Numbered from the stretch's first letter, positions 18,314 to 28,783 are shown. The stretch: DNA of 64,000 nucleotides from Limisphaerales bacterium (GCA_965657355.1 CBFHOE010000002.1:411856-475855); one strand, 5' to 3'. Notes: a model not told the origin generated them from the sequence alone. A program made the numbers and translations.

Positions 18314-21300
18314 GCTCATCATAAACATCTTTAAAAGATAATTTAATGGCTTCGACTTTTTGAATATTAAGTTCCTCTAGGCCATTTTCTTTTAGCTCAG
18401 TTTCAAGGCGCTTACAAAGGTGATTAAGCCGCGGTGCCCCTAAATTACTTGAGGACCCCTTCAGAGTATGAGCAACTTTCAGAGCCGATTGGGTGTCTTG
18501 TGTCTCAAGGGCCTGATCAAGAGATTTGAGCCGATCATTGGTATCTTTTACAAAAAGCTTAACGAGCCGCTCGATCATTTCGTGATCCTCAGAATTTGGT
18601 TCGTATTTTTCGGGAACAAGATCGGATTCTATGACAGGAAAGGTTAATAAAGATGATTTTTGGTCGTCTTGCCCCTCCGCACTAGGTGGACTTTTTGTGG
18701 TCTGGTTAGCTACTTCTTTTTTGGCAAAAAGATACTTCTTTAATACCGATTCAAGATAGGGGAGCCTGACAGGCTTAGCCAGGTAGTCCGTCATACCTGC
18801 TTCAACACATTTTCGCTTATCCTCGTCCATTGTGTTAGCCGTCATTGCGATAATAGGTATGGAATCAGTTTTAGAGTGACTTGTTTCAATCTCTCGAATT
18901 TTTTGAGTGGCGGCATAACCATCCATCTCAGGCATCTGGCAATCCATAAAAATGAGGTCGAATTCCTTTTTCTCAAACTCTTCGACTGCCTCGAGACCAT
19001 TCGCGGCAAAAACGAGATTCTCAGCTCCATATCGCATCAATTGACGACGAGCTAACCCTGAGTTAAATGGATTATCTTCAACGACCATAATAGAGAATCG
19101 TTTCAAGGCATCAGGCTCCGATAGTGGATCTTCCTGCCGACTGCTTTTAACATCATCAAGGGACTGGTCATCGCCAGAAAGGTCTGGAAACAATAATTGC
19201 TCAAGTCTATTTTCCTGAAGAGGTTTGTATAATTTCTGAGTTTCGGACGGGGTCCACTCGCTTACGACGAGCTCGCTTTTAACTGGCGTAATAAGAACCA
19301 CTTTCTCGGCTGGCCATGTAGATAAAAACTTTTGAATATGATCCATAGCCTCCCATTCCTCAGGACCGGCAGGAACCCCCAAAAATAAGTGGGTATCTTT
19401 ATCAAATTGTTCGTGTGGAAGGGTTTTTTCAGCCTCTATAACAGTGACACCCAGACCATAGTTCAAAAGAATCATTCGAGTCGTCTCTACCCATCGTTGG
19501 TTTTTCCCCCACAGGGCTATTCTTTTTACTACAGGTTCATGTGAGCTTATCAGAGAACCTCTTTCTTCTATTACCATTGAAGGAAGAACAACCCAAAACT
19601 TGGACCCCTGTCCGGCCTGACTCTCAACACCGACGCTGCCCCCCATTAACTCAGCAAGGTTCTTGATGATAGCCAATCCAAGACCTGTGCCTCCGTATCT
19701 TCTAGCCATACTCCCATCGGCTTGCGTAAAAGCCTGAAAGAGTTGTGATAAAGCATTTGATTCAATTCCAATCCCAGTATCTTCAACAGATAGTTTTAAG
19801 GTAATGTTTTTATTATCTCTTTCTAGGATTTTGAGGCTGACCACGATTTCACCATTGTCTGTAAACTTGATAGCATTATTGATAAGATTAATGAGGATTT
19901 GCTGAATTCTTAGAGGGTCCCCTTCCAAGATTTGTGGAACATCTTTTTGGCAATCAACAATGAGTTCCAAGCCCTTTGAGTGGCCTTTCTCACCAAATAT
20001 TTCTGCGGTTTCACCGACCAACCTTCGAAGATCGATGGGCAATTTCTCAATCTTAAGTTTTCCTGCCTCCATTTTTGAGAAATCTAAGATGTCATCCACC
20101 ATGGAATGCAATGTTTCTGCGCTTTGTCCGATTGTCTGGACGAGCTCTTTTTGTTCTGGGTTTTGGTGCGTTTCTCTCAGTAACTCACAATTTCCGATAA
20201 TGGCATTCATAGGGGTTCTGATTTCATGTGAGACATTCGCTAAAAATTCAGATTTAACCCGAGCCAATTCTAGGGCACCATCACGCGCGCGTTGGAGTTC
20301 ATACTCAGCTTCTTTCAAAGGAGTGACATCATTGACCAATCCAACTATCCCGGTGATGTGCCCCTGGGTCGAGTAGATTGGAAATTTTGTCACCATCCCC
20401 CAAGAACTTTTTCCATCTTCATGAATAGTCTCCTGAAGCTTATTGAGTATAGGTTTTCCTGAGGATATGATGGCATCTTCTTGGGCCATTAATTCGCGAG
20501 CTTTTTCATGTGAGAAGAAATCATAATCAGTCTTTCCAAGCACTTGGTCATGGGACTCCAGTTTGAGATAGTCCAACATGGCCTTACTAACCTTTAGATA
20601 CCGACACCCCGTGTCTTTGAAGAAAATTAAATCAGGACTACTATCAAGAAGAGCCTGGTGAAGGTCCCTTTCGAACTGAAGCGTCTCCTCCATTTTTTTC
20701 TTTTCGGTCACATCCCAGAATATTCCTTGAATCCCAATAACATTGCCCTGAGCATCATAAAGAGGATTCTTGACAACTTGGACAAATTTCCTTTCACCTG
20801 ACGAGTCTCTATATTCCTCGATAGTTTCAAAGGCGATCAGAGTATCGAGGATAGCTTTGTCGTCTTTTTGATATTTCTCTGCAAGGTCTTCAGGAAAAAA
20901 ATCAAAATCCGTATTTCCAATAATATTTTCGATGGATTCCCCCAAAGCACGAGCGAAGTTTTCATTAGCAAAAGTGAATATACCCTCACGGTTTTTTCGA
21001 AATATATTTTGGGGCAGTGACTCAACCAGTGAGTGGTATAAAGTTTCACTATTTTCCAAGGCCTGACGGGCCTCTCTTTCGGATGTGATGTTCTGAACTG
21101 TTCCCTCGTAGTATTTGAGGTTACCATTTTCGTCAGTCACTCTTCTGGCACTTTCTGTGATCCAGATTTTCGTCATGTCCTTACGAAAAATTTGTGATTC
21201 AAATCCGGTGATAGTGTCTTGTTCTGCCATCAATTTGACAAATTCAAGGCGCCGAACCGGATCGACGTATAATTGCTTTTCGATATCGTTAATTGCATGA

Positions 21301-21953
21301 ATCAGATCATCTGGAGAATCGTATCCATATATTTCAACCAGAGTTTTGTTTACATCCAGATAATTGCCATCTGGAGAACTTTGATAAATCCCCTCAACAA
21401 CATTATCAAATATGGAATGATATTTCGCCTCAGTCTCCCTGAGTATCGCTTCAGTTTCTTGCTGTTGTGAAAATTGGAAGTGAAGAAAAAGCAAATCAAC
21501 AATTTGCCTCAAAAAGGCCTGAATGATCTTCTTAGATTCATGCCTCAAATGGGATTCGCCCGCCAGCCCGCAAACAAGAACATTGATGCGAAGAGACTCA
21601 AGATTTTTAAAAAAACCCCCTATCTCAAGCCCCTGGGATTCACCGGCAAAAATCTCAGGATGCTGGTTCTGGATCTGCTCTCTTAATTTTTGAGATGAAA
21701 TTTGGCCATCGACGATCCAATCATCTTGAATGCATTGCCAATCCCAATTCTTGAATAGAGATCCTATATCCGAATTTTGATCGCCGAGAATGATATCCCT
21801 TTTTCGACGACCCACTTCCAAATGGATAATGGATTGAAAGACATCAAAACCCATGGATGCTAATGAGAACACATGCTGGAATGGTTCCATCGTCAATTTA
21901 TCCAAAAAATACCTAATCGTTGCCGTATCGGCCTGGTTTCCCACTTGTGTCAT
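18282..21953 (-). CDS. Hybrid sensor histidine kinase (multiple PAS, HisKA, HATPase, degenerate receiver-like spacer, REC, HPt); no TM segment seen
   Basis: Motifs seen are H-box SHEIRTPMNAIIGN, DTGIGI, GGTGLGLAI, the REC motif MVVEDNP...DLIFMDCQMPEMDGY and the HPt motif AHTLKGSSSNLGA. There are several PAS-like blocks ending in WDVTE/NDVTP. Confidence 0.9.
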   Translation of the reverse strand: MTQVGNQADTATIRYFLDKLTMEPFQHVFSLASMGFDVFQSIIHLEVGRRKRDIILGDQNSDIGSLFKNWDWQCIQDDWIVDGQISSQKLREQIQNQHPEIFAGESQGLEIGGFFKNLESLRINVLVCGLAGESHLRHESKKIIQAFLRQIVDLLFLHFQFSQQQETEAILRETEAKYHSIFDNVVEGIYQSSPDGNYLDVNKTLVEIYGYDSPDDLIHAINDIEKQLYVDPVRRLEFVKLMAEQDTITGFESQIFRKDMTKIWITESARRVTDENGNLKYYEGTVQNITSEREARQALENSETLYHSLVESLPQNIFRKNREGIFTFANENFARALGESIENIIGNTDFDFFPEDLAEKYQKDDKAILDTLIAFETIEEYRDSSGERKFVQVVKNPLYDAQGNVIGIQGIFWDVTEKKKMEETLQFERDLHQALLDSSPDLIFFKDTGCRYLKVSKAMLDYLKLESHDQVLGKTDYDFFSHEKARELMAQEDAIISSGKPILNKLQETIHEDGKSSWGMVTKFPIYSTQGHITGIVGLVNDVTPLKEAEYELQRARDGALELARVKSEFLANVSHEIRTPMNAIIGNCELLRETHQNPEQKELVQTIGQSAETLHSMVDDILDFSKMEAGKLKIEKLPIDLRRLVGETAEIFGEKGHSKGLELIVDCQKDVPQILEGDPLRIQQILINLINNAIKFTDNGEIVVSLKILERDNKNITLKLSVEDTGIGIESNALSQLFQAFTQADGSMARRYGGTGLGLAIIKNLAELMGGSVGVESQAGQGSKFWVVLPSMVIEERGSLISSHEPVVKRIALWGKNQRWVETTRMILLNYGLGVTVIEAEKTLPHEQFDKDTHLFLGVPAGPEEWEAMDHIQKFLSTWPAEKVVLITPVKSELVVSEWTPSETQKLYKPLQENRLEQLLFPDLSGDDQSLDDVKSSRQEDPLSEPDALKRFSIMVVEDNPFNSGLARRQLMRYGAENLVFAANGLEAVEEFEKKEFDLIFMDCQMPEMDGYAATQKIREIETSHSKTDSIPIIAMTANTMDEDKRKCVEAGMTDYLAKPVRLPYLESVLKKYLFAKKEVANQTTKSPPSAEGQDDQKSSLLTFPVIESDLVPEKYEPNSEDHEMIERLVKLFVKDTNDRLKSLDQALETQDTQSALKVAHTLKGSSSNLGAPRLNHLCKRLETELKENGLEELNIQKVEAIKLSFKDVYDELTRRGFVQEL

Positions 21954-22077
21954 CAGGGCAATCTTTCTGTTTCAGAGCTTAATTTATATCAAATAGTAAA
22001 AAAATTAACCACATTCAATAGTCACCTCAGGATGGTTGGACAAAGTCCTGGGATCAGCTTAAGTTGCTGGCTTATTC

Positions 22078-25000
22078 TTGATTGGAAATAATCATAGAAT
22101 TCCATTGAGGAACTCATTCGAAAACATGGAGCTGACTGAAAAGTATTTTATGGAAATGGCTGGATGGAAGGCTATGAAGGAGGCGCGCGCATTGATTTCG
22201 TCGAGAAAAGTACTCAGTGCTAGCTGGAAATCTCCAATCCTGAGAGGAACTGTGCAAGCTGGAGGAAAAGCCTATTCCAGTGGTTTTGTCATTAATAATC
22301 CAAAAGATATTGAAAACCTCTGTCGGTGCCGGGAATCCCAGGAATGGGGAACATTATGCCACCATTCGGTCGCTGTTGCTTTGGAAGTAATCCGAAAAAA
22401 AGAATTCGAATCCGGCAATCTTGCGCAGAAAAATAAAAAAATTCTACCTCAGTCGAGATCCAAGACAAATCCGCCACAGAATGAAACAAAACAAGAGCCC
22501 AAGAAACTTTTAAATAGAACAGAGAATTCTTCAGAAGGGGACCCTCTATCACTAGAGATCGTCCTCCCACCAAATTGGCTCAAACAAGCCGAGGCCAACA
22601 AAAGCATTATCATTTCCTTTTTTGCAACTCGGTTCACTCCAGAAAAACTAAGATTACCACTTGGTAGTATTGACACAGAGGCAAATTATTATTTAGACGA
22701 GCTGGATTCCATCCTTCTCGGGGAACTTGAGTCTTTGGAACCTGAAAAACTCCCATCTCATCTCCCGGTCCCTCCTAATTTGTTTTTTGAGTGGATGTCA
22801 TTGATTCCAGGGCACCAGAATGTATCAACGGCCCATGGACAAGAAGTCCATATCGACCCTCGCCCTTGGATTCCCAATTGTAAATTGTCACTTATGCCCG
22901 ATGGATCGCTCACTCTGACATTGAGTAAGAATTCAAAATCGAAGAACCCTGTGATACTGATGGGCCCTCCCCCGTGGGTTTATGTAGACGAATCACTGAG
23001 ACCCATTTCCCCAGCAGCATCGCAATGGGATTGGAATAAAGAACAGCATTTTATTACGAGGGGAAAAATCTCTGACTTTTTTAATTCTCAATGGCCGAGA
23101 CTTGAGGAAACCGGACAAGTGGAATCAAATGTCGATCCAAATAGATTCGAAATCATTCAGGGAGAACCCATTTTTCATCTTGAGCTGGAAGGAGGATTAG
23201 CTGTTCTAAAAGGGAGAATTCGTTGTCAATACGGCCACGCCTTTTACACGATTTCCAAAAACTCGATCTCCCAACTGCAGAATTCCTCACTGGAGTGGAT
23301 TGCCGATCCTCAAAATCCATTCAAATATTGGTCAAGAAATATCAAAGCTGAGAAAGAGGCACTCGCATTGCTTTTTGATGCGGGGTTTTATGAAGGAAAT
23401 GACAAGGAAACAATCGAGCTGAAAAGCCAGGACAGGGTCCTTCCTTTCCTGGCCACCACGTTCCAGAAACTCAAAAAAAACAACTGGGTGGTAGAGCTGG
23501 AATCCAGGCTTGAAAAAAGTATATCAAATAAAACAGAAACTATTTCACCATCCCTGGACTTTATCTCATCTGGTGAAGATTGGTTCGAAATGCGAGTTGA
23601 ATACTCGGGAAGTCATGGAAGTCGCTTTTCAGAAAGTGACGTACGAGATTTATTACAGTCTGGTCGCTCCTACAGAAAAAGATCAGATGGAAAATTTTTA
23701 CTGATTGACACGCCTCTTATCGATGAGTTTAAGGAAGTCGTCAGGGATTGTTCTCCGACCCAATCAAACAGGTCATTCAAAGTCGCTACTCAGCACGCCT
23801 CATTCCTGATTGACTCCGTTAAAGAGACCACGCCATGGGCAATGCGAGGCGGTGTCGATAAAATCCAAAAACCGACTTTTTCAAAAGGCGATATCCCATC
23901 GCCTCTCAATAAAATTCTACGGGAATATCAAAAAGAAGGGGCATTGTGGTTGACCGGCCTAAGCCACAACAAGCTCGGAGGCATACTCGCCGATGACATG
24001 GGACTTGGGAAAACACTTCAAACCCTTGCCTTCATCCAAATCTCAAAAAAAATAAACAGCGCAGAAAACTTCAAGCCTTCACTCATTTTATGCCCGACAA
24101 GTTTAGTCCATAACTGGGAATCTGAAATTAAAAAGTTTGTCCCAAAATTAAAATCACTTGTTATTCATGGCCCCAAAAGACATGAAAAATTCCAGCGGAT
24201 AAATCAAGCTGACATTGTAATAACCTCCCTGCCATTAATTCATCGCGACCTTGAAAATTACAACGATCAGGAGTTCGATTCAGTTTTCTTAGATGAAGCC
24301 CAAAACATAAAAAACCCAGCAAGCAAGGTTTCAAAGGCAGTCAGAAAAATAAAATCACGCTTCAGAATTGCCCTTAGCGGAACTCCCGTAGAAAACCGGG
24401 TCATGGATCTATGGTCTATCATGGACTTTGTCATGCCTGGTTACCTTGGTTCACAAAAGGAATTCCAGTCGAGGTATGAATTACCCATAGCTAAACTGAA
24501 AGATAAGCAGGTGGCCGACCGGCTAAGAAGAAGAGTGAGCCCATTTATCCTAAGGAGGCTAAAGACAGAGGTCGCCAAAGAGTTACCTGATAAAATTGAA
24601 CAAATCCATTTTTGTGAAATGAGCTCTGATCAATCCCAATTTTATCAATCCGTTCTCTCCGAGAGCAGAAATAAAATTTTGGATTCCGTCAATAAATCCG
24701 GTTTTACAAAAAATAAAATCCTGATATTTCAAACTTTAATGCGATTGAGGCAAATTTGCTGCGACTTGAGGTTATTGGGGGACGATAAAAACTTAGAAAA
24801 AACAAAGTCATCAAAATTTGACTTGTTGGAGGAATTGGTGTCGGAGGCGATTGATGGAAACCACAAAATATTGGTGTTCTCCCAATTCACCAGGATGCTG
24901 GATCTACTTACCAAATCCGCAGATGAAAAGGAATATGGATACAGCCTTTTGACAGGAAAAACCCAAAACCGTCAAAAGGTTATCGAAGAGTTTAAAGAAA

Positions 25001-25326
25001 ATGAGAACAAAAACATATTTTTCATCAGTTTGAAAGCCGGTGGCACAGGATTAAATCTTACGGAGGCTGATATTGTCATTCACTATGACCCCTGGTGGAA
25101 TCCGGCTGTCGAGGATCAGGCAACAAGCCGAGCCCACAGAATTGGACAATCTAAGGTGGTATCGAGTTATAAATTAATTACAAAGGGCACTATCGAGGAA
25201 AAAATACTCCATTTACAGAGTAAAAAGAGGGATATATTTAAAACGATGGTCGACGAAAATGCCAAAATGGCCGATAGTTTATCGTGGGACGAGGTTCAAG
25301 ACCTCTTAGTTGACCCGGAAAACTGA
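22078..25326 (+). CDS. SNF2-family helicase with N-terminal SWIM zinc finger
   Basis: It has a SWIM-like CRCRESQEWGTLCHH and the helicase motifs ILADDMGLGKTLQ, DEAQNIKN, SLKAGGTGLNL and DPWWNPAVEDQATSRAHRIGQ. An alternative start is the ATG at 22126. Confidence 0.85.
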   Translation: MIGNNHRIPLRNSFENMELTEKYFMEMAGWKAMKEARALISSRKVLSASWKSPILRGTVQAGGKAYSSGFVINNPKDIENLCRCRESQEWGTLCHHSVAVALEVIRKKEFESGNLAQKNKKILPQSRSKTNPPQNETKQEPKKLLNRTENSSEGDPLSLEIVLPPNWLKQAEANKSIIISFFATRFTPEKLRLPLGSIDTEANYYLDELDSILLGELESLEPEKLPSHLPVPPNLFFEWMSLIPGHQNVSTAHGQEVHIDPRPWIPNCKLSLMPDGSLTLTLSKNSKSKNPVILMGPPPWVYVDESLRPISPAASQWDWNKEQHFITRGKISDFFNSQWPRLEETGQVESNVDPNRFEIIQGEPIFHLELEGGLAVLKGRIRCQYGHAFYTISKNSISQLQNSSLEWIADPQNPFKYWSRNIKAEKEALALLFDAGFYEGNDKETIELKSQDRVLPFLATTFQKLKKNNWVVELESRLEKSISNKTETISPSLDFISSGEDWFEMRVEYSGSHGSRFSESDVRDLLQSGRSYRKRSDGKFLLIDTPLIDEFKEVVRDCSPTQSNRSFKVATQHASFLIDSVKETTPWAMRGGVDKIQKPTFSKGDIPSPLNKILREYQKEGALWLTGLSHNKLGGILADDMGLGKTLQTLAFIQISKKINSAENFKPSLILCPTSLVHNWESEIKKFVPKLKSLVIHGPKRHEKFQRINQADIVITSLPLIHRDLENYNDQEFDSVFLDEAQNIKNPASKVSKAVRKIKSRFRIALSGTPVENRVMDLWSIMDFVMPGYLGSQKEFQSRYELPIAKLKDKQVADRLRRRVSPFILRRLKTEVAKELPDKIEQIHFCEMSSDQSQFYQSVLSESRNKILDSVNKSGFTKNKILIFQTLMRLRQICCDLRLLGDDKNLEKTKSSKFDLLEELVSEAIDGNHKILVFSQFTRMLDLLTKSADEKEYGYSLLTGKTQNRQKVIEEFKENENKNIFFISLKAGGTGLNLTEADIVIHYDPWWNPAVEDQATSRAHRIGQSKVVSSYKLITKGTIEEKILHLQSKKRDIFKTMVDENAKMADSLSWDEVQDLLVDPEN

Positions 25327-25395
25327 ATTTAATGTTTCGATTTGGTAAATTTTGAAACTGTTTTGATCCTAGGACGTAATACTAGTGAATTGGCA

Positions 25396-26325
25396 ATGGA
25401 TAATTTAAAAACAAAGAACTCGACCATTATCACCCTGATGTTCGCATTGATGCTTTCAACCTGTTTGGGCTGGAAATCATATGCAGAGGATGACAAATTG
25501 GCGCCAAAACCAGCTTCAAACACCCAAGCTGTAACCAGCCAAGGTAATTCGACAGAGGGTGTGAACAGTAAAATTAGTAGATCAACAAACCCATACTCCA
25601 GCATCGTTCGCAGAAATGCTTTCGGATTAAAGGAAAAAGAAGTCAAAAAAGCAGAAAAGAAGGAAGATAAAGTGGAGGAAGCTCCAGAGGATTTGGGGCT
25701 CATCATAAATGGCTTTTCTTCTATGGGAAAAAGAAGGTTTGTTTATTTCAAGATTCCAGATAAAGAAAACAAAGGAAAATTTAAATACTACACTGTGGAC
25801 GTCGACGATGATAAAGCAAATCCGATTGACGTCGTAAAAGTCGAAGATAAATCCATCGACATCAGATATAAGGGTCGTTCCTACTCACTCAATTACCAAG
25901 ACCATAAGAATAAACTCGTAAGAGTCGCTAAAAGTAATAGCAAATCCAAATCGTCGAAAATACCAAGTCGAAGTCAAAAAACAAAACCCATATCAAGGAC
26001 CAGTAGTAGCACTAAAAATTCATACAGAAGCAATAACGTCATTAATCGATATGGCGCGAACACAAGCAGCGGCAGTTCCTCAAGATCAGCTTTATCAACG
26101 GGCCGCTCGTCCTCCAGAACGAGCCCTAGGGGGATAATCGGAGGAGGATCCACAATTAGAGCGAAAAGGACCGTTAATGTTGGAGGGGGAGCCCCAAGTG
26201 GAATGTCCTCTGAGGAACAAGCCCTCATTATGGAAGTCAACAGAGCCATGAACGCTCAACAGGGTATCCCTATGCCACCAACACCAGGACTGCCTAGTAC
26301 CACAAGTCAAGGTCGCGGCAATTGA
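25396..26325 (+). CDS. Hypothetical exported protein with a small beta-rich domain and a Ser/Arg/Lys-rich low-complexity tail (possible lipoprotein)
   Basis: There is a signal-like N-terminus MDNLKTKNSTIITLMFALMLSTCLG. An RRNAFGL motif followed by LIINGFSSMGKRRFVYFKI...VKVEDKSIDIRYKG loosely resembles PilP/GspC-type domains. The C-terminal third is S-rich. Confidence 0.5.
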   Translation: MDNLKTKNSTIITLMFALMLSTCLGWKSYAEDDKLAPKPASNTQAVTSQGNSTEGVNSKISRSTNPYSSIVRRNAFGLKEKEVKKAEKKEDKVEEAPEDLGLIINGFSSMGKRRFVYFKIPDKENKGKFKYYTVDVDDDKANPIDVVKVEDKSIDIRYKGRSYSLNYQDHKNKLVRVAKSNSKSKSSKIPSRSQKTKPISRTSSSTKNSYRSNNVINRYGANTSSGSSSRSALSTGRSSSRTSPRGIIGGGSTIRAKRTVNVGGGAPSGMSSEEQALIMEVNRAMNAQQGIPMPPTPGLPSTTSQGRGN

Positions 26326-26389
26326 TTTAAAAAGATTATTGGGCAATAAAATCAACCATTCCTATTTTAGACAAAGTAGCCTTCTTTAC

Positions 26390-26730
26390 TGAGCCAGGTA
26401 GCCTGCTGCGGCCATTTCTATCCGGTTTGATTTTTGGCAAAGCCCTTAACTTGTCCTGCAGCTCCACCCAAGGTTTTGATTATAAAAAGCCTTGTATGAA
26501 CTGGAATTATATTCTCGCCAATCATTCTTACACCATAGAAAACCACGACCAAACCGCCCGCTGACGGATTTAAATTCACTGCCAATGATTAGACGGCTCG
26601 GGTCACTTCCTAGTGGAACCGTGCCCGCAGCAGCATTCAGATTCAATATGAGGCTTAATGCCTGTTAGAAAGGTTGCTCACTACCTCAGAACGACACGGG
26701 ATAAGTCGCCTCCAACTGGGAGGAAATAAT
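26390..26730. ncRNA. Candidate structured RNA of unknown class, in the convergent intergenic spacer
   Basis: The gap between two gene 3' ends is 490 bp. CTGCTGCGG (26404-26412) is perfectly complementary to CCGCAGCAG (26625-26633). A local hairpin CCTCC-aactg-GGAGG lies at 26709-26723. There are G+C-rich patches and no credible ORF. Neither strand nor class could be determined. Confidence 0.25.
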
Positions 26731-26815
26731 AGAGAAAATATCAATTAGATTATGACGCAAGGGCGAACGGACATCACTCTATGCAGTAAAGGTAAGATAA
26801 CCTATTTTTAGTGAT

Positions 26816-27322
26816 TTATTCTTCTTCTTTGGGCTGATCAAATATAACTCCAGTCATTTGGCCCCCATAACCTTTCCCAAACCAGCTACCAGCGTATGTA
26901 TCTTTGTATACCAAAACTCTTGCTGTGTAGGTATTACCACCAGGAAAATCCAAATCAGTAACTGAAATTACTGGAGTGTCCCCAGCCCAAAAAACATTTA
27001 CGGTAATGGGTAAATTAACATCAACAGAGCCAAATTGAACGCGTGAAACAATAACCCATTTGTCTTCTCCGGTTTTGGTGGCTGACTGTATGGTGTATTT
27101 ATCTTTTTTCCACGGCCCCATCTTTCCGTCTTGAACTAAATTCCACTCGCCAGCAAATATGCATTCCGTAAGCCTTTTCTGGAATGCAATCTCCAATTCA
27201 TTCATAGTGATTTCTTCTCCGGATTTTGAAACCTCTTGCCGCTCTTCAGCTAATGCTGGGAAAATTAGACAAAAAGTATTCAACAGAAAGAACAGATTGA
27301 AGTATTTTGAGGAATTTTTCAT
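26816..27322 (-). CDS. Hypothetical secreted protein
   Basis: It has the signal peptide MKNSSKYFNLFFLLNTFCLIFPALAEE, a beta-rich mature region and no recognised motif. Confidence 0.6.
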   Translation of the reverse strand: MKNSSKYFNLFFLLNTFCLIFPALAEERQEVSKSGEEITMNELEIAFQKRLTECIFAGEWNLVQDGKMGPWKKDKYTIQSATKTGEDKWVIVSRVQFGSVDVNLPITVNVFWAGDTPVISVTDLDFPGGNTYTARVLVYKDTYAGSWFGKGYGGQMTGVIFDQPKEEE

Positions 27323-27447
27323 ATTTAAAATATCTCCTGATTTGATTGTGATTCCAAATCATTTCATTCAATTTTCTCAAGACTGGATGATTCTGCTTTG
27401 GTAAACAATTGAATATAACGTATGGTGAACCCATCAAAATAATCGTC

Positions 27448-28752
27448 ATGAAAATAAATTTAAGAATAGTCTTTATGAGCGCTTTCGCCTGTGCAGCTGC
27501 AGCGATTGCAAATGCAGGCGAACCGGCTCTACAGCTTGTCTCTTCAGGATACGTTTCTCCCTCCAACCTTCTATCAGTTCCAGGCAAAAACAAAGATCTC
27601 ATCATTGCTGACCAAGTTGGAGTTATTTACTATCTCCCTAAAGGAAAAGACCAGAACAAGACTTTGTTTCTAGACCTAAGGTCAAAATTGACCAAACTCA
27701 AAAAGGGATTCGATGAACGAGGACTGCTCGGTGTGGCGTTCCACCCGGATTACCCTGAAAAAAAATCGGTATTTGTTTATTATAGTGCTCCAAAAAGAAA
27801 AGAGGCCCCTGAAAAATGGGATCACACAAGCCATATTTCACGATTCACAGTTTCTGAAAACTTGAAATATATAGAGTTAGAATCAGAAAAGGTTCTGCTT
27901 CAATTTGATGAGCCCCAATGGAACCATAATTCTGGACGCCTTGCTTTTGGCCCTGACGGACTCCTTTATGCGAGCATAGGTGATGGAGGTGCTGGAAATG
28001 ATGTAGGTTTGGGGCATGGAGAAATCGGTAATGGCCAAAATCAAAATAATCTCCTGGGCTCAGTAATCAGAATCGATGTGGATAAGGGCGATACGTATAG
28101 CATCCCAAAGGACAACCCATTCGCAAATGGAGGTGGCAGGCCTGAAATTTTTGCTTATGGATTCAGAAACCCATGGGGAATGTCTTTTGACATGGGCGGA
28201 GAGCACGAACTCTTTTTAGCCGATGTCGGCCAATCTCGTTTCGAAGAAGTCAATATTGTCCAGAATGGCGGCAACTACGGTTGGAGAGTCAGGGAAGGTT
28301 TCACTGGCTTTGATCCAAAACAAGCCTATGTTTCCAAAAATCTTGAAGCTCCTTTAAATGATGCCCGAGGGCAGAGATTCATCGACCCAATCGTAGTCTA
28401 TAAAAATAAAGGAGCTTTCAGAAAAAAAGATGACGGATCACTCGGGATTAGTATCACAGGCGGTTACGTTTACAGAGGCTCAGAACTCCCCGAATATGAT
28501 GGTAAATACATATTTGGTGATTGGAATATGAAAAGAGGAACCAACATCGGCATCCTTTTTGTGGCCTCCAAATCGGGCCAAAAATGGTCGATGGATCTTC
28601 TGAGGTCAAAATATATCAAAGATGGCCAGGTCGAAGGATTCGTAACGGCATTTGGTCAGGATGCTGACGGAGAAGTCTATGTAATGACGAATGATACCAA
28701 CGCACTGATAAACAAATCAGGCAAAGTTTATAAGCTCGTTTCTAAAGACTAA
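27448..28752 (+). CDS. PQQ-dependent sugar dehydrogenase (soluble glucose/sorbosone dehydrogenase family, beta-propeller)
   Basis: Motifs are ERGLLGVAFHPDY, HNSGRLAFGPDGLLYASIGDGG, GFRNPWGMSFD and NYGWR. The signal peptide MKINLRIVFMSAFACAAAAIANA sets the start at 27448. Confidence 0.8.
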   Translation: MKINLRIVFMSAFACAAAAIANAGEPALQLVSSGYVSPSNLLSVPGKNKDLIIADQVGVIYYLPKGKDQNKTLFLDLRSKLTKLKKGFDERGLLGVAFHPDYPEKKSVFVYYSAPKRKEAPEKWDHTSHISRFTVSENLKYIELESEKVLLQFDEPQWNHNSGRLAFGPDGLLYASIGDGGAGNDVGLGHGEIGNGQNQNNLLGSVIRIDVDKGDTYSIPKDNPFANGGGRPEIFAYGFRNPWGMSFDMGGEHELFLADVGQSRFEEVNIVQNGGNYGWRVREGFTGFDPKQAYVSKNLEAPLNDARGQRFIDPIVVYKNKGAFRKKDDGSLGISITGGYVYRGSELPEYDGKYIFGDWNMKRGTNIGILFVASKSGQKWSMDLLRSKYIKDGQVEGFVTAFGQDADGEVYVMTNDTNALINKSGKVYKLVSKD

Positions 28753-28783
28753 ACTTCAAAGATTTCGACATAATAAATTTAAT

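Noticed and set aside
25329-26355. Minus-strand ORFs 25329-25706, 25974-26249 and 26095-26355.
   Set aside because: They are antisense shadows of the Ser-rich plus-strand gene. Low-complexity codon repeats keep the opposite frames open.
26356-26815. I tried to identify the long spacer as RNase P RNA, tmRNA or SRP RNA.
   Set aside because: Short resemblances exist. GCAGCTCCACC resembles a tmRNA 3' end. CCACGACCAAACCGCC and CTCCACCC resemble pieces of E. coli M1 RNA. However, they are in the wrong order, no T-arm (GGTTCGA-type) precedes the CCACC, and the diagnostic strings GAGGAAAGTCC, ACAGAAnCCGGCTTA, GGATTCGAC and GGAAGCAGCC are absent on both strands.
27246-27605. A 119-aa minus-strand ORF spanning the divergent promoter region.
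   Set aside because: It overlaps the 5' ends of both flanking genes, which have good signal peptides, and no motif is present.
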